Assembly: GCA_965285935.1 (NCBI GenBank)
Contig: OZ260661.1
Location: 60,698,001 to 60,762,000, forward strand
Length of the DNA stretch: 64,000 nucleotides
From: Ophelia neglecta
Taxonomy: Eukaryota
Direction of reading: 5' to 3'
The notes below the pieces were generated by a model. That model was not told the origin of the DNA, made no database searches, and saw nothing but the letters and a program-made list of their open reading frames with translations. Positions 14,201 to 36,283 of the stretch are shown here, in pieces (the first letter of the stretch is position 1; every line of letters starts with the position of its first letter). The position numbers and the translations under genes were made by a program.

Positions 14201-17200
14201 AATAATACTTTGAAATCCCTTTTTTCAGGAGTATTAAACGGTGTTCTTGTCTTAAAATTCGTTTCCGAAATAAGGATTGGTCGATTTTTTTAAAGTTTTC
14301 ATACGAGAACAAGATCAAAACAATAAATAACTATTTGAAATGAACAAAACTGTTTTAATTAATTAAAAAACCAACAGTCATGATTACGATCTTTTAAATG
14401 TTTTAGAAATACAAATGTTGCATCTAGTATAGGCCCTAGACCAAATAAAGGTACTCAAATTCACAGGAACAATAGAAATAATGTAATTAATCATAGAAGC
14501 GGCAGATCACATTTTAAACAGCGATTTTTTTCAAACAGATTGCATGAAACTTAGTTAATCACCCGTAAAACCTGCTTCTATATTTTCAACAAAAACTGTT
14601 ATATACTGAAACCCATATTTTCATATAGGGTATATGCTAGAAGCTTTTGCCAATTTTTGGTATAAATAGACTTTATTTGTTTGAATGGCGGTATGCCAAC
14701 AGAACACGGATAGTCATTGACTAGGCAGTTATACCATTTGGCTGGTGACAACACATAACAAAAAAGATCCTGAATGTTATAAATGAGTCTTATTAATGGA
14801 CTTGTCATTATTTCAGATGTAATGGGCTTGATATGGGCAACGAAAATTGATTTAAGCTTGTTTCATGCCGCTTGGTAACATTAGTTACAGCTAAGTATCC
14901 AAGTAGCTCTCTTGTCGACGCACACTGTTAAAACGGATGAAATAATCATTTGATATAATGTAGCATAATGGCAGCTTGCACCTGTAAACGCTCTGTCATG
15001 ACTGGCTTGTTGTTTATTCTGTCTGAAACTGTTACTTGATTCTTATAGGCATGTTGTATTTAATATGGGATATACTATGTATGGATGTAGGTAAAATGAC
15101 GGGGAAAGCTCTAGGCAGATAACCTTTGCCCCCCTGAGTTTGGAAGTAGTCGTAGTGGGTTTTACCCAGCAATCAAAAGAAATTATAGTATCAAATACCA
15201 GTATTCAACACAAACATAACTATTCATGAATTTATCTAGAATCAGGAAAAAGTAAGTGGATTTCTGGTTTTTGTTATCACATTCCCACGTCTTCCCCGGG
15301 CTATTTAGTCCCAATTTTGCTTCATAAACACTGCACGTTTTCTATCTTTCAATTTGTACGGAATTAATTGCACGTATTTCATGTGCTTTCGTGACAGATA
15401 TTTGCCTGATAAAAGTATTTCTCAACCTATTCCTAATTTAGTTTCTCTAGGGATGTATTTGAGCGAACAACTAGCCTCGTTCGCGCAGGAAAAGTCGGAT
15501 ATATCGGATTCGCATGTTCTTGTATATGTTGAAGGCAGATTGAGAAATTCTTCCCATTCATCGCCCCAGGGCTCAGCCAGGGTAAGACATAGCATCTATT
15601 TTCAGTATGTTGTTATTTTTGCAACTGCGTCGGACTGAAAAGTACTTGAGATACTCCTGTCCCTTTCCTTGTTCAGATGGCTGGGAATTTGGTCGTCTGC
15701 TTGCAAGCATCTCTGGGAACTTTCCCAAGAACAGGGGAGCCGGGTGTTTTTAATTGTAATAAATATCGATTGACAATAATTCTAACTTAAAGCTGTCACG
15801 GTTTTTATACTCGATCGACAATTATCAGAAATATCGGAATTTTGAACTTCGATTGCGTAGAACGTTTTAAAAGTTGACTTACCCACTGCGTTGGCAGACC
15901 GTTTTGAAATAGATGCAGGGCTACACATATCCACATCCACTATAAAAGAATCACGTTTCAAATAGTACTTGGATGCTAATATCTGGTTTAATGTGCAAGC
16001 CTGAGGTTGTTGAGCCGGGCACATAAACTGTTTAAAGTTACTGACACAATTAAGTTTAAGACACAGGCCTAGATATATGTGATTTCTAAGGCTGTGATTC
16101 GCTAACTCTCTTTTTTAGTATTTTAAATTGCGTTGAGATGCAAATCCACGTGCACCAAAGACAGTCAACTGGTTAGAGTATGTTACTGCAGATGTCATAG
16201 ATCAACGAAGATGAAGAAATTAATGTGCTTGCATACATTAAAAAGCACTTTGAAGGTGTTACTAAAGAAATAATTCTCAATAAAATGGTCTGGGGCTTCA
16301 CCACTGCTATTCAGGCCGCCTCAGTATCTTCCAGGGAGTGAGCTAAGGGCTATTTACAGTAATTTTATCGAAAGAAACGGAGACAAATGTCCCATTGGTG
16401 GACAAAAGATCAATTTTACAAGATGGTGGTGACCCAGCACCTGGCTATACGCTCGATCAGTAACAATGAAGTTATAGCCGGTTCATATCAGCGTTATAGC
16501 CGTGGCCTGGTAATTTATAGAGGCTTGTAGCAAAACATTACGCAGAACATTGCGCATATAAAACAACTTATATGAGACATTTAAACGACATGTCGGCCGA
16601 TTTATTTCCCTTCCAGCGGGTCTCTTCCAACAGGATACTAGATGAAGTCGGTAGTCGTCTGCATGCGCTTGATCGAATATTACTGATAGGGAAAGAGCTG
16701 CTGTGTGTGCGAAACGAATACCGATTCGGATTCGGATTATTTGGCCTTTGGGATACTTTTTCCTCTTGTTTACTTGGATATATGTGATCACGCTATCTGA
16801 CCTGAAAGCCGACAACAATCGGGCTAAAGGTAAACCGTTTAATACTCATAAACCAGACTGTAATAAGGCCTCATAGTGCTTTATATATCGAAATTATTAT
16901 CTAGAATGTTCCTTTCCCTGAAGTCGTTGATATCATTGTAACTAATTCAAACACGACAGAACCAAGGAGTTATTCGATAGATAGTATTGAAAGCTTGCTT
17001 TAAAGTTTCTCGAAAGATCTTAGCTGTTGTATGTTGTGCCTTTTAGCCGCACCGAAAGTTCTGGCGTGGCGTTGAAAAGTCACAATACAAGATGTATACA
17101 AACTTTCGTCTTTAAGTTTGTGTTTTGTGGCATACTGTCTTCCATGATTTACACATTCTTCTATAGTGATTAAAAACCTATCACTACTGGCAAACGGTGG

Positions 17201-20200
17201 TTTTAACAAGTTGTTGAGAGAATGGTCCAATGGTAGAATAAGCAAGCGAGTCGATGTCAGGGGGTGGTGATAGCTGGTGTCGGCTGGGTCGGCACCTTCC
17301 CCTGCCGGGTCAGCAACATGAGTCGTCCGCCATTTGTTCTCTTCAAATTACCTAACCTTCTTTAACTTCCACACATTTCGATGAAAGAATTAGGTCTATA
17401 CTTAATTTGTTACAGTTTGCCACTAAAAACGAGAAATTGGATTGATACTGATTAAAATTATACACAATATGGCATATTACAGCTACAACTAAAGCAGCTA
17501 TTTTGTTAAATTTGTACCCTATTACTTGCTTATTTTCCTACGTCTTTCGTTCAACAGGTCTAAGATATGTTGCGCTAAAATATTGTACATCTATAGCTGT
17601 TTGTTTTCTTCGGTTTATGTCAGTATTTCTTCAATTCTTATGCACCAGCTGCCCAATCAGCGTATAATGATATTGAGACAGAACTGTTTGCCTCTTGGCG
17701 CCCATCGGATGGTGCCCGGGTTTTATAATCAAACACACCAGGGCCGAGTCCGATGTGTCTGTTATAGTGGGCTGAGCTGTAAGTTGGCAGTACATGAAGT
17801 GCGGATGGAGTGCCGTCGTTAGTCAATGTATAAGTAGTGTTGTTTGAGCAGCGTCAGAGGGCTTTCTCTTGTGGCTGAGACTGGATCTTCTACGGGCCAC
17901 CCAGCTTAGTAAAAATCAATACTGTCGTACTCCGCTCCATCAAGTGTAAGCACCGCCGTCCTCACTAAAGTGAGGCAAATTGTACATGTATAAATGAACT
18001 TTTAAACGCCTAACAATATCTGTGGAGCCGAGATATGTAGGCTGTATCTGTGCCCTCATTCCAGTGGAATATAATTTGATAGATCAAATAAATATAATCT
18101 ATACTTTCGCAACTTATAAATCAGTCCACTTATGTTTGTCCAAATTTCAGTATAAGAATATCAACGAAATAGTGGAAGTTATTATAAAAAAGGTGTAAAA
18201 ATCTGACTTCAAACGAACATAACAGATTGACCTATCTGACAATCCCTTCATTAATATTTATCGACCAATTTTACGCTATGGCATGACACAATTAAATTTT
18301 ATTGCTATGCATCAGTTAGATGTTTAATTCGCGTGCACTTCTTCTGTGTTTGATGACAAGAGGTTAACTACACTGTCATATTTTAAACGGTGCAACGAGC
18401 ATATTTTGATTTTTAAACCAGTGTGCGCCGAATATTCATTTGTAAGGCTTTGAAAACTATGTCAAACTTATTACTAATTGGTCACTTTAGAGAGAAATAT
18501 GTTCATCTTTATATCTTTCCTTGTTAGTCCAAACAATGACCATTATAATTTCTTTGTTGATATGTCCCGATTGCATGTGGATTGACATTTGCTGTTGAAT
18601 GGCCATTTTGTACATTCTCCCAGTGTCGAAATAAACACAAAGCTATTGACCACTACTCACGCCAATTTCAAATGCTCACCTTTGGTTTCCGCGTGCTTTT
18701 CGCAGCCTTGCCACAGGTCGTGGTTCATGTGAGATGACTGAGATATTTTTAAAGAATTTAAAAGTTCTTATTTGGGGTATGGGACGCAAAAAACGTATCA
18801 AGATAAATTGAATATACATTTAATCAACGAATCAATAAGTAAAGCAGGTCTCTCATGCGGTAAAAAATATCTTACCACCAACAAATATGATATTTCAATT
18901 GAGTGCCTTTTGTCTTCTTATGATGTATACGGTTTATATATAACTAAGCCATAAATAAGAATTTGTTATTTTCTGCCCCGTGAAGCATTAAGAAAGATTC
19001 GATGGGATTTTTGATGGGTCCACAACTCTCCAATCATGATATGTTTCATTTTTAGATCTGACATAATTTTGGCCTTACTTAAAATGCAGGGTGAAGGAAC
19101 ATAAATTTAAACAATTAAAATTCGATCGATCAGCTGTCGGTGGACACAATTAAGTGTAATCCCGCGAGTGTCTTTGAGACTTTATCAGCCTAGCTCGGCC
19201 CTCCCTAGGAGGCTAGATCCAGCAGGCTCCCCCTAATCACGGAAAACGATAAATCTTTTTTCTCAATTTAACTCGGACAGGTTTCATAGTTGGCTTGGCA
19301 GTTGACTTGTAGTCAATTTACGGCTGAGATTTATGTACCACTGTTTACACTTGAAGGGGATTTACCAATTATCGGATTTGTTAAGGTGTCACTCCTCTTT
19401 TCCAGGCTAAAATGAATTTAATGTCAAACACATAATATCCATATCAGTTCAATTGTTATATCTTTATACGGCCTTTCACGTACACACAGGTGAGAATAAT
19501 TCCGATACATAGGTCCCATCTATGGATTCTGGCTGATATAGAAAGTAACGAATCTATTTCATTCTGGTAAAATTTTGACCGAAAATGTGTGCAAAATCAG
19601 ACTTTCATAAACCCCCATTTATATTATTAAATACAGGCTATATACTTAGAAAATAACGGAGGTTATTAAATATAAGTATATATTTTCGTTGGCATTTTAA
19701 CTTTGCTACAATTTGTTTATAAGTGAGATAAAACAAATTGGAAATTGGTAAGTTAATGACGATGTTGATGAAAATAAATGTCCCCCTCTCAGTTTGATGG
19801 CAAATGTATGTAACATTACCGTTTCCATCAGCGAAAATATAATCTGATAATATCAAATCAGCTTAGATGGGCTTACCACACCGCCCCCTTTAAAGTGAGT
19901 ATTTATTGGACAATATTACACCGGTATCTCCTACCGAGATAATGCGGCCTTCCATTTCCACCCAGTAGGAATTAATTGATGAAAGTCAAACGTATAATCA
20001 GAATTTGGCCTAAATGGCCAAATCAGTTTTTCCGTAAATTGGTGTCATTTGGCAAATCAAACACGTGTCCTGTCATTCTCAGATTAGGAAACACCATAAT
20101 TTCCTTCTCTATGGCAACGCTCCTAGGGAATCACCTAGTTCCTGTTCTACTTGTACGGATTTCTGAAGTAGCCCGGATGGATTTCTGGTAACTCTATACG

Positions 20201-23200
20201 CCTACAGCGTAATTATTTTGTTGTATCTAGTTGCAAAAAAATAACTTGGTGATTCGCCCGTTCAGAAACAATTATCTTTGTAAACAAGCAGCCGCCGCTA
20301 ACATGAAAGAGTGCCTTGTTTAGTGTAACTCTATCCATCTCTTCCCCACTCCATTTATGGCCCTAAATCATGCCGTAGTGGCAGCTCCGCTGCTCTTGTT
20401 TCTTCCGGGGAGAACAGATGATACAGCAGCTTTGTCACAGCCGACCATCTATGACGCTCTGGCGGAAAGCGGCTGAACTATTTGTAGGAAGCGGTATACA
20501 GAATCTGAGCAGCTGCTTCATGTTCGCTCTATTGAGCAAAATACTGCTATCTTCATTCCAACTAAACCAATTTAGGCGAATATGTCCAAGTAAAGTTAAA
20601 GTAATCACGGGGCTATATTTTAGTACAACGATACGAATTGGAACTATTAAGTGTCGCTACTCAGAATAGCGTTTCACTTACAGCAAGCCGAATGTTATAA
20701 GCAGCATTTCGGTTATTTGTGTCTTTTTTTAAAAGTGGGCACAAACAAACCGGAAAGTTTTGAGTAACATATCAATATGTATGCAATTTCGTTCAAAGTT
20801 CTCTCACACTGATTCTGCCGAACAATTGTAACTTGTGATACATTCCTATAAGGCACGACTTCATGGGTTTTATTGATCCGGATGTTTGTAACAAAGTGAC
20901 TGACTTGATTTATTATCGAAGTGTTACATTTTCTTATTATCTGGATATTGCAGTGATGAAAGTAACATATTCTGACAATTTACAAAACTTCCAGGTCTCT
21001 CCCAATTTACAATATGATGGGTATCAACAAATAACGAGAGCTCATGAGCATTGCGATAGATACAATGCGATTTTCTCGGCATACTTACATGTATTAATAT
21101 TAAAATGAAACATTGGCAAGCAAGATGCGCCTGATATAAAACCCTTCCTTCATATCCGGTTCATATGAATCCCAGAATACTTTGATGCAAGTTTTATATA
21201 AAAACAGTGATGGAAAAATCATAAGTTCTGGGTGGCTACGACCGCCCTATATACACCTTGTGTTGCCCCCCAAGAATATCCAGCCGTATCTATTTGACCT
21301 TTGACCGCGGTATGTTTACCCATACATTACAGTCACGTCAAAGCTGTCAGGCGGTTTCACAGGCCGACCCAGCACTGTTGATTACAAGTTTCTCTTTGGC
21401 CAGTATAACTCATCCTTCATTCTTTCTATCGGAACTGTCATTGCAACATAAAGATACGCAGGCCCCTAAAATAGATACAGGTTACCACCTCAGAAACCTG
21501 GGTTGAAATACAATGCACACAAAGCATTTTTTTTGTAATATGCAGAGTCATTTTTTTTCTTCAAAACTGTGAAGGCCTAACTTTTACAGTTTGTACCGCC
21601 CCTAATGATGGGGAGGTCGGAGTGAATGGCACATCATTTGAAAACATATATTTTTCTTTAAAAGCTATAGCAGGGAAGAATTACCCGACATCACTTGCTA
21701 GTTTTTAATTACCATATAGGTCTAGGCTGACTCATACACAACATTCGTTCCCGTCGTCTCATCAATCATTAATATATTAACCTGGGCCTGGATAAATCCC
21801 CCTCCAGAGAGTTGGAGCTGATTACACTTGATGGGGCCTGGTCCATTGACATCCCCTTGATCAGGGAAATTCAGGTTTGCATAGCCACTGACCAAATGGT
21901 ATCTGCTTGTATGTTCTCTATTCAAATCGTCTCAGATTATCGATCTGCTGACCGCTTAGCAAGTAATCGGGGAGCATATAAATGAATTCTGTGGGGCGCT
22001 GTGAAAGAGCTTTCTAATCCACAGTGTGCCTGATCTTTGACAAGCCTTATTAGAAAAGCTAATGCAGTAAATTAGATCATTCGTCCTGGAAAATCCTGAT
22101 AAACAGAGAACTCCTAAATGTACTGGAAAAGGCTGAGTGCGCCCAATCTAAGTAGGTGGTATTACAAGTAAGGTAGAGGCCTAAAACCTGTACCCCAACA
22201 GTGTGCTTTGGTAAAACATGTATCCTATCGTTCATGTATTGCTTTAGAATGGTGACATACGAAAAAGGTTTTTATCGAAGAATGTCTAAACAAGATTGAT
22301 GTGGTTGCCCTTCAGCTCTTTAAGGTTAGTGCCCGCCCATTGATAGGTGCTAGTTGTATAAAAGGTGTTTTTTCGTCTTTAAAAAAAGGAATTGATGAGG
22401 AGTTTTTTTTTGTTTTTGGCAATGTGATGGTATGCAATATTTCCATCTAGCTATAGGTCTAGATGCTATTTTATATTCGAATATAATCAATATATTGACT
22501 GTACATGTGAGGCTGAGGTGCCATGTTGACGGTAAAATACACCCCACAGCTGGTACTCACCGATGAGTTTTCACGAAGTAGGGCGTAGTGTCTTCCTTAT
22601 GCAACAGACGGCGCCCACAACGGCTCCAGCGCTGTACAGCTCAAATACCAAGGCAATGTTCACGCGTACTTCTACCGTTCGGTTTTACTACACGAACGGG
22701 GAAGTTGTATAGGCCAGGCTAACAAGAGTTAAAATACATGTACTTGAAGTCCTATCGTTTATTAGCACCTGGACTGGCTTTATATTACCCCTATTATTAA
22801 TTAACCCGAACGTCTTCTATCTCCTTCAAAGGAAACACAAACGATTTGTGTGATGTAAAATTAACATCGACTATACGGTAACAGGTCTAAACGGAGAAGG
22901 TGAACGCTGCTATAGTTGTTTTAACCCATTTGGTGGGAGTGGGGGTGGGATGGGGAGGGCCTGTTGCATTTTATTTGTGCCTATACGGTCATAGGTCGAC
23001 TCTTGGAAATATTACCAGGCCTTCTCAGGTTTATACATATCATGTCTGTCTAGCTCACTCATCAAACTAGTTTACTAAAATAGGTATCCCCATATCATTT
23101 GATTTTGGGTAGCTCTTGTTAAATTAAACCACGGTAAGCGACTATCTATTTTAGAGGTTTCTAAATCCCATCTTATTTCGTTCTATATGTATATAAAAAA

Positions 23201-23817
23201 ATCATATGTTAAGTCAACGGGGGAAATCTATTCTGCTAAAATAATATGTTTTATATTATTATAAAATTAATGACCTTCGCGTTGGTGAATAAACCTGATT
23301 GTAGAGAGTAAAACATTAAGGTGGGTTGTGCCTGGGAACAACGACCAAGATTACGGAGTTTTTCATTAAAGGTATGCTTCTCAGTTGAAAATATTTAACC
23401 TAAAATATATAATATAAAAGAGATATTGGCCAAAAATCCTTATAGTTAAACATTCACTAAAACATTAATACAAAATAGGAATTTAATTTAAAAAAATAAA
23501 AGAATTTCAGTTGCATTCGTAAGTTTTTAACCTGACCAATTACTTTTTTTCCTCATTGTATGTCTAGAAATCAGAAAAAAAACATTGTATTGTCTACTAA
23601 ATAATCAAAAGATTGTCTAACTTAATTTTTCTAAGGTAACTAGAAATGAAGTATGCTTTAATGTTGACATATGTAGGCCTATTTATAAATGCACACCATC
23701 GACCATTAGGGACTCTAAAACATAAAATAGAACACATAAGGACACTTAATATGCCAACTGAAATGTTTTGTTGTTTCTTTATTCAATATTTGTATACAGT
23801 TTTTCTTAAATTTTACG

Positions 23818-23882
23818 CATATATATTTATGTATATATATATACATAGATATATATTTATATATTTATATATATATATACAC
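23818..23882. repeat. Imperfect (TA)n microsatellite
   Basis: catatatatttatgtatatatatatacatagatatatatttatatatttatatatatatatac. Confidence 0.9.
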
Positions 23883-24009
23883 AGACTACGATACAGGTCA
23901 CTACTCTAACTAGGGCCATTCAGTATATGTCATTATTTATAAATGTTTAGGCTTCAACGATTGCAAGCTATTTGAAAATAATAAAGTAGGTCTATATTAT
24001 AACGCCGCT

Positions 24010-24015
24010 TTTATT
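24010..24015 (-). terminator. Candidate Scr polyadenylation signal AATAAA
   Basis: First canonical AATAAA I found downstream of the Scr stop, implying a 3'UTR of about 2.9 kb. ATTAAA variants occur earlier at about 26867 and 25272. Confidence 0.3.
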
Positions 24016-25671
24016 ATTACAAAAAACTATGCCCATTAAACAGATATGTGTTGTAAGATTGAACATGTACATATTATATGATTTACGTCATATAAGTTAG
24101 AAAAATAAAAATCTTTATGTATTAGGCCATGCTTACTGCAGAATCTAATGTTTGCTGTGCTATCTGAACGAATTTATGTTAAAATCATGAGCGTTTTTCC
24201 TATAAAACAATCATATTTTTTGTTAATATGTGAGCTAACACAAGAGATGGGATATAAAGACCCTTCTCGGAATACAGCCACAAAACAGGAATTTCATACT
24301 CTTTGAGAATAGCCATGCTTATAAAACATTGATAACACAATCAACTTTATAGATATCACTGGGAACAAGCAATGTTTTTTTCCTCATATAAGGCGTATTG
24401 GAACAATTCTCCTTATTGTTCACGGTACGCTAAAATATGACGTTTTACCCTATTATTTGTATCGCTGAGGTATCCTATTCTGGGATTGTAAACTTGATGA
24501 GGAGCACTTGTGGCTTGGGCCTGTGCGGGGGAAGACTAGCATGCACACGGCACATGCAGTGGGTTGAGAGCTACATGTATATACAAGCTATGATAAAACA
24601 TAAGCTAAAATGACTGGCGAAAACTGCCTTAGCCCTTGATAGTTCTTTGATCAAAGGAGTACCTTTGGGTTATTTTTATCTTTAAATAACAGTACACTGT
24701 ATAATCGGTATATTTTTTACAAACGTAATATTGCCTTACATTATTGGTGATATTCCCTGAAAACGTTGCCAAGTTAATTTGAACCAGATGGCGACCAAAT
24801 TGCTTTTGCCTCCAGCTCTGCCAAGGCCGATGCTGTACATAATTATTTGCCTGGGGTGGCTAAAGCTACGCATGCTCCTGCATCTCATTATCTTACATAC
24901 CAGCTCATTTGCATAATTAGCAGGCAGCCAATCCCTTGACCATAACGAGGCGCCATCTAGAATGTGGCCGGTAACAACTATCTCTTTGGTCCGACCACAA
25001 CGCTCTTACCCAGGCAGTAATTTCTCCCAGCTTTGTTGAATACGCTACAGTCAGCCTATCTACAATGCAGACATACCGATCTACATTGGTTCAACAGATA
25101 ACATTGTGTTATTCGCCTCAAAAAAGACATTATAAATGCTTCGAAAGCCATAATTATACAATAATTTAACCAGCTGAAGCCACAAGTTCCCCTTTTCATG
25201 TTTTTGTAGTTTACCCAAGACCGAGACTGCTGCTCTCCTCGATAAAACACTAATATTATCTGTACTATCATTTTAATGTACAAGGTGCGTATAACCAAAC
25301 TGTATGAATATCTATAGCAACGGTAGTTGTCTTGCATTAGGAAACAAAATGTCTTCTCCAATCTACAACGATAGGTTTTATGGTGCCAACATGAAACTCA
25401 ACGCACTATCACTCTCACAATATCTACGCACTATTTTGATTTGAGCTATGTCATATGTTATAGTCAAGTACAAAAAACAATGAATTCAACAGAAATAGCT
25501 CCACTGCGGTATTGGTTTGAACTAGGCCATTAACATCAAGTCACAAGCACGATAACATAACACTGGACTGTCCACGAACATAGCATTACCACTTGTCATT
25601 AGAAATTCATCATAACAATAAATGTGACATATATATATATATAGTAGAAGTATATCATCATATGAACTGAT

Positions 25672-26504
25672 TTACCCTATCAATTAATTACCCTCTTCAA
25701 GAACAAGAAGTATATAATTACCCTCTACACCTCCATTGCTCAAAGTTTACACGGATGATTCACTCAGATTGTTTCAAGAAATATTACCCCATTGACCGCA
25801 TGAATATAGTAATAAAATGGTATAAATACAAATTGAAAACAGTTATTGAAACAGGAAGTGTATATACTCATAAAGTTGCTTCACCAGAATGCGTCTATTA
25901 CCCTGTCGAAAGGAAGGGCTCAAAACGGATCCTTTCATAATTATCAAAATAATGTAAATGTCTAAATGTGGAACTACATCTAATTTAAGCTCAGTGTGAT
26001 GTTGTTTTTTCCGTCCAAATCAGTTCAGAATAACCAGGCCTGATTGTTACATATTTGCGGAGCATTCATTCTTACCCTGGTTGCCATAGCAACTGCACTA
26101 ATCGAGGAAACACTTTTTACCCTGTGCCCTCTTGTCATATTCATTCCGATTCTATCAATTCCCATCATACTCTGCCAATGTTCTACAAAATTATTTGGAA
26201 ACTGCAAGGTTACCCTGGTATAACATTCTCCAAGACACTTTAAAGTCCAGTATAAAAACAAGACTTGCTTATAGTCCCACAACAGCTTGCAAGACTTGTC
26301 TTTTAAGACATTTTTCACATCTGCAGAATTTACTATACTATTTTATAGCTTAGATTATATGTTAACTCTACCTAAGTCCTAGACTTCCATAAAATATTGA
26401 ACCTGACGCGATAAATTTACCCTATTGTTCAGCTAATTACCCTTTTGACCAACGTCATGACAAAGCTTTGCAAGATATGGAGGGCGATAATGATGAATTA
26501 CCCT
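25672..26504 (-). promoter_or_regulatory. Array of 10 AGGGUAA sites (miR-10-family seed matches) in the presumptive Scr 3'UTR
   Basis: Plus-strand TTACCCT at 25672, 25688, 25718, 25898, 26072, 26117, 26210, 26417, 26437 and 26498, all in one orientation, 0.4-1.2 kb past the stop codon. Two extend to the canonical miR-10 8-mer ACAGGGUA. Confidence 0.75.
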
Positions 26505-26892
26505 AAATAATGTTTTCTTTCTGCAGATTTTGAAAATCATGCACAGGATTAATAGCCTCGCCTCCATCTTACGAGTTCCGTTCGGAGAGCGTCAGTCTCC
26601 CAAACGGTACTTGGTCACGTGATTCCGCATGTCATTCTGACGTCATCGCCCAGCCAGCCAAAGGCAGACGACCGAGCCGTCGTGCCCTTCCGCCAAAACA
26701 GAGGTTAGTTATTGTAGCTTTTCATCACATTTCAAATCTCAGTGTTTCTAGAGCACAACACAAATAAAACAACTGTCAAATTTATACAACTTAGAATAAT
26801 AATAATACTTTCTATGGAAATTTGAGTATGAACGGTCTTGCTTTCTTGAACACCAAGATTCAGTCTTTTAATGCAAGTTATTTCTAAGTTGT

Positions 26893-35541
<8,649 letters not shown>

Positions 35542-36163
35542 CGTGTCCGAGATGCATTCGTCTCATCCAGGGGTAGATTTGAGGCTGGGTGGGTGCCGGG
35601 GTCTGTCCATCGGTCGAGTTCCTCTGAGACGAAGAGTTGGTGCTCTGGGGGCTGGAGTTGTTGCCCGAGGCTGATGTCGGACCCGGGGGGGTCGACGGCG
35701 TCTTTGAGGCCTGCTGGGAGGCTCCTGCGGCCCCGGCGGGAGGGGGAGACGAGGTGAGGGAGGCGGACATGTCAGCGTCCGAGTTGCTCGGCTCCTGGCT
35801 ACCGTTGCTGCTGCTGCCCGAACTGTACCTATTGCTGTTGGTATAGTTTGTGTTGGTTGTGGCGGTGTTCGCATGTGGGGAGCCAGAAGATGCCATTACG
35901 GTTGGCGGAGTTGGCGTGGAGTTTTCTCGGTTGAGGGGAGGGTGGCACAGCCTCTGACTGTTCATGCTGTAATAGTCCCTACCATTGTGCCCGGTCGAGC
36001 TGGGACTGGTGCTTTGATACTGGTAGCCGGGGCTGCTCACTCCCGTGTAGCTCCGGTAAGGACTAGTGGACTGCGGATAGTCTCGACCGTTCTCGCCCCC
36101 TCCACCGTCACTAACTCCTTGATTATAACAGGTCGTCAGCGAGTTCACGAAATAGGAACTCAT
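35542..36163 (-). CDS. Scr: Scr/Hox5 gene, coding exon 1
   Basis: ATG at 36163 begins MSSYFVNS (Hox5-type N-terminus). The middle is S/T/P/N-rich and the exon ends PQIYPWMRRMHLGH, followed by a phase-1 donor G|GTAATA at 35542/35541. Confidence 0.95.
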
Positions 36164-36283
36164 TTTACCCCAGTGATTTAATGCCTCCTGGTTGCTGGCT
36201 AAGTCGGAAGTCAACACTTGCTCGATGAATTATGGCTCTGCCGAGCGGCCGAACGCTTTTACAACCCTAAAGAAACATTAACC

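Noticed and set aside
25672-26504. TTACCCT array as a CRISPR array, telomeric repeat or cluster of plus-strand miRNA hairpins
   Set aside because: Only 7-9 nt are shared, spacing is irregular, the context is a eukaryotic Hox cluster, the motif is not tandem TTAGGG, and no hairpin arms are evident.
1-26892. miR-10 precursor hairpin expected between Scr and Dfd
   Set aside because: I looked by eye for TACCCTGTAGA and its reverse complement. Partial hits (4523 ACAGGGTA, 15578 CAGGGTAAG, 33378 CAGGGTAA) lack the rest of a miR-10 mature sequence or an evident star arm. The hairpin is probably left of the window; an Infernal/BLAST search would settle it.
35563-36181. Alternative-frame and antisense ORFs over Scr exon 1 (35563-35874, 35637-35846, 35873-36181)
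   Set aside because: Shadow ORFs of GC-rich coding sequence with no recognisable protein features.
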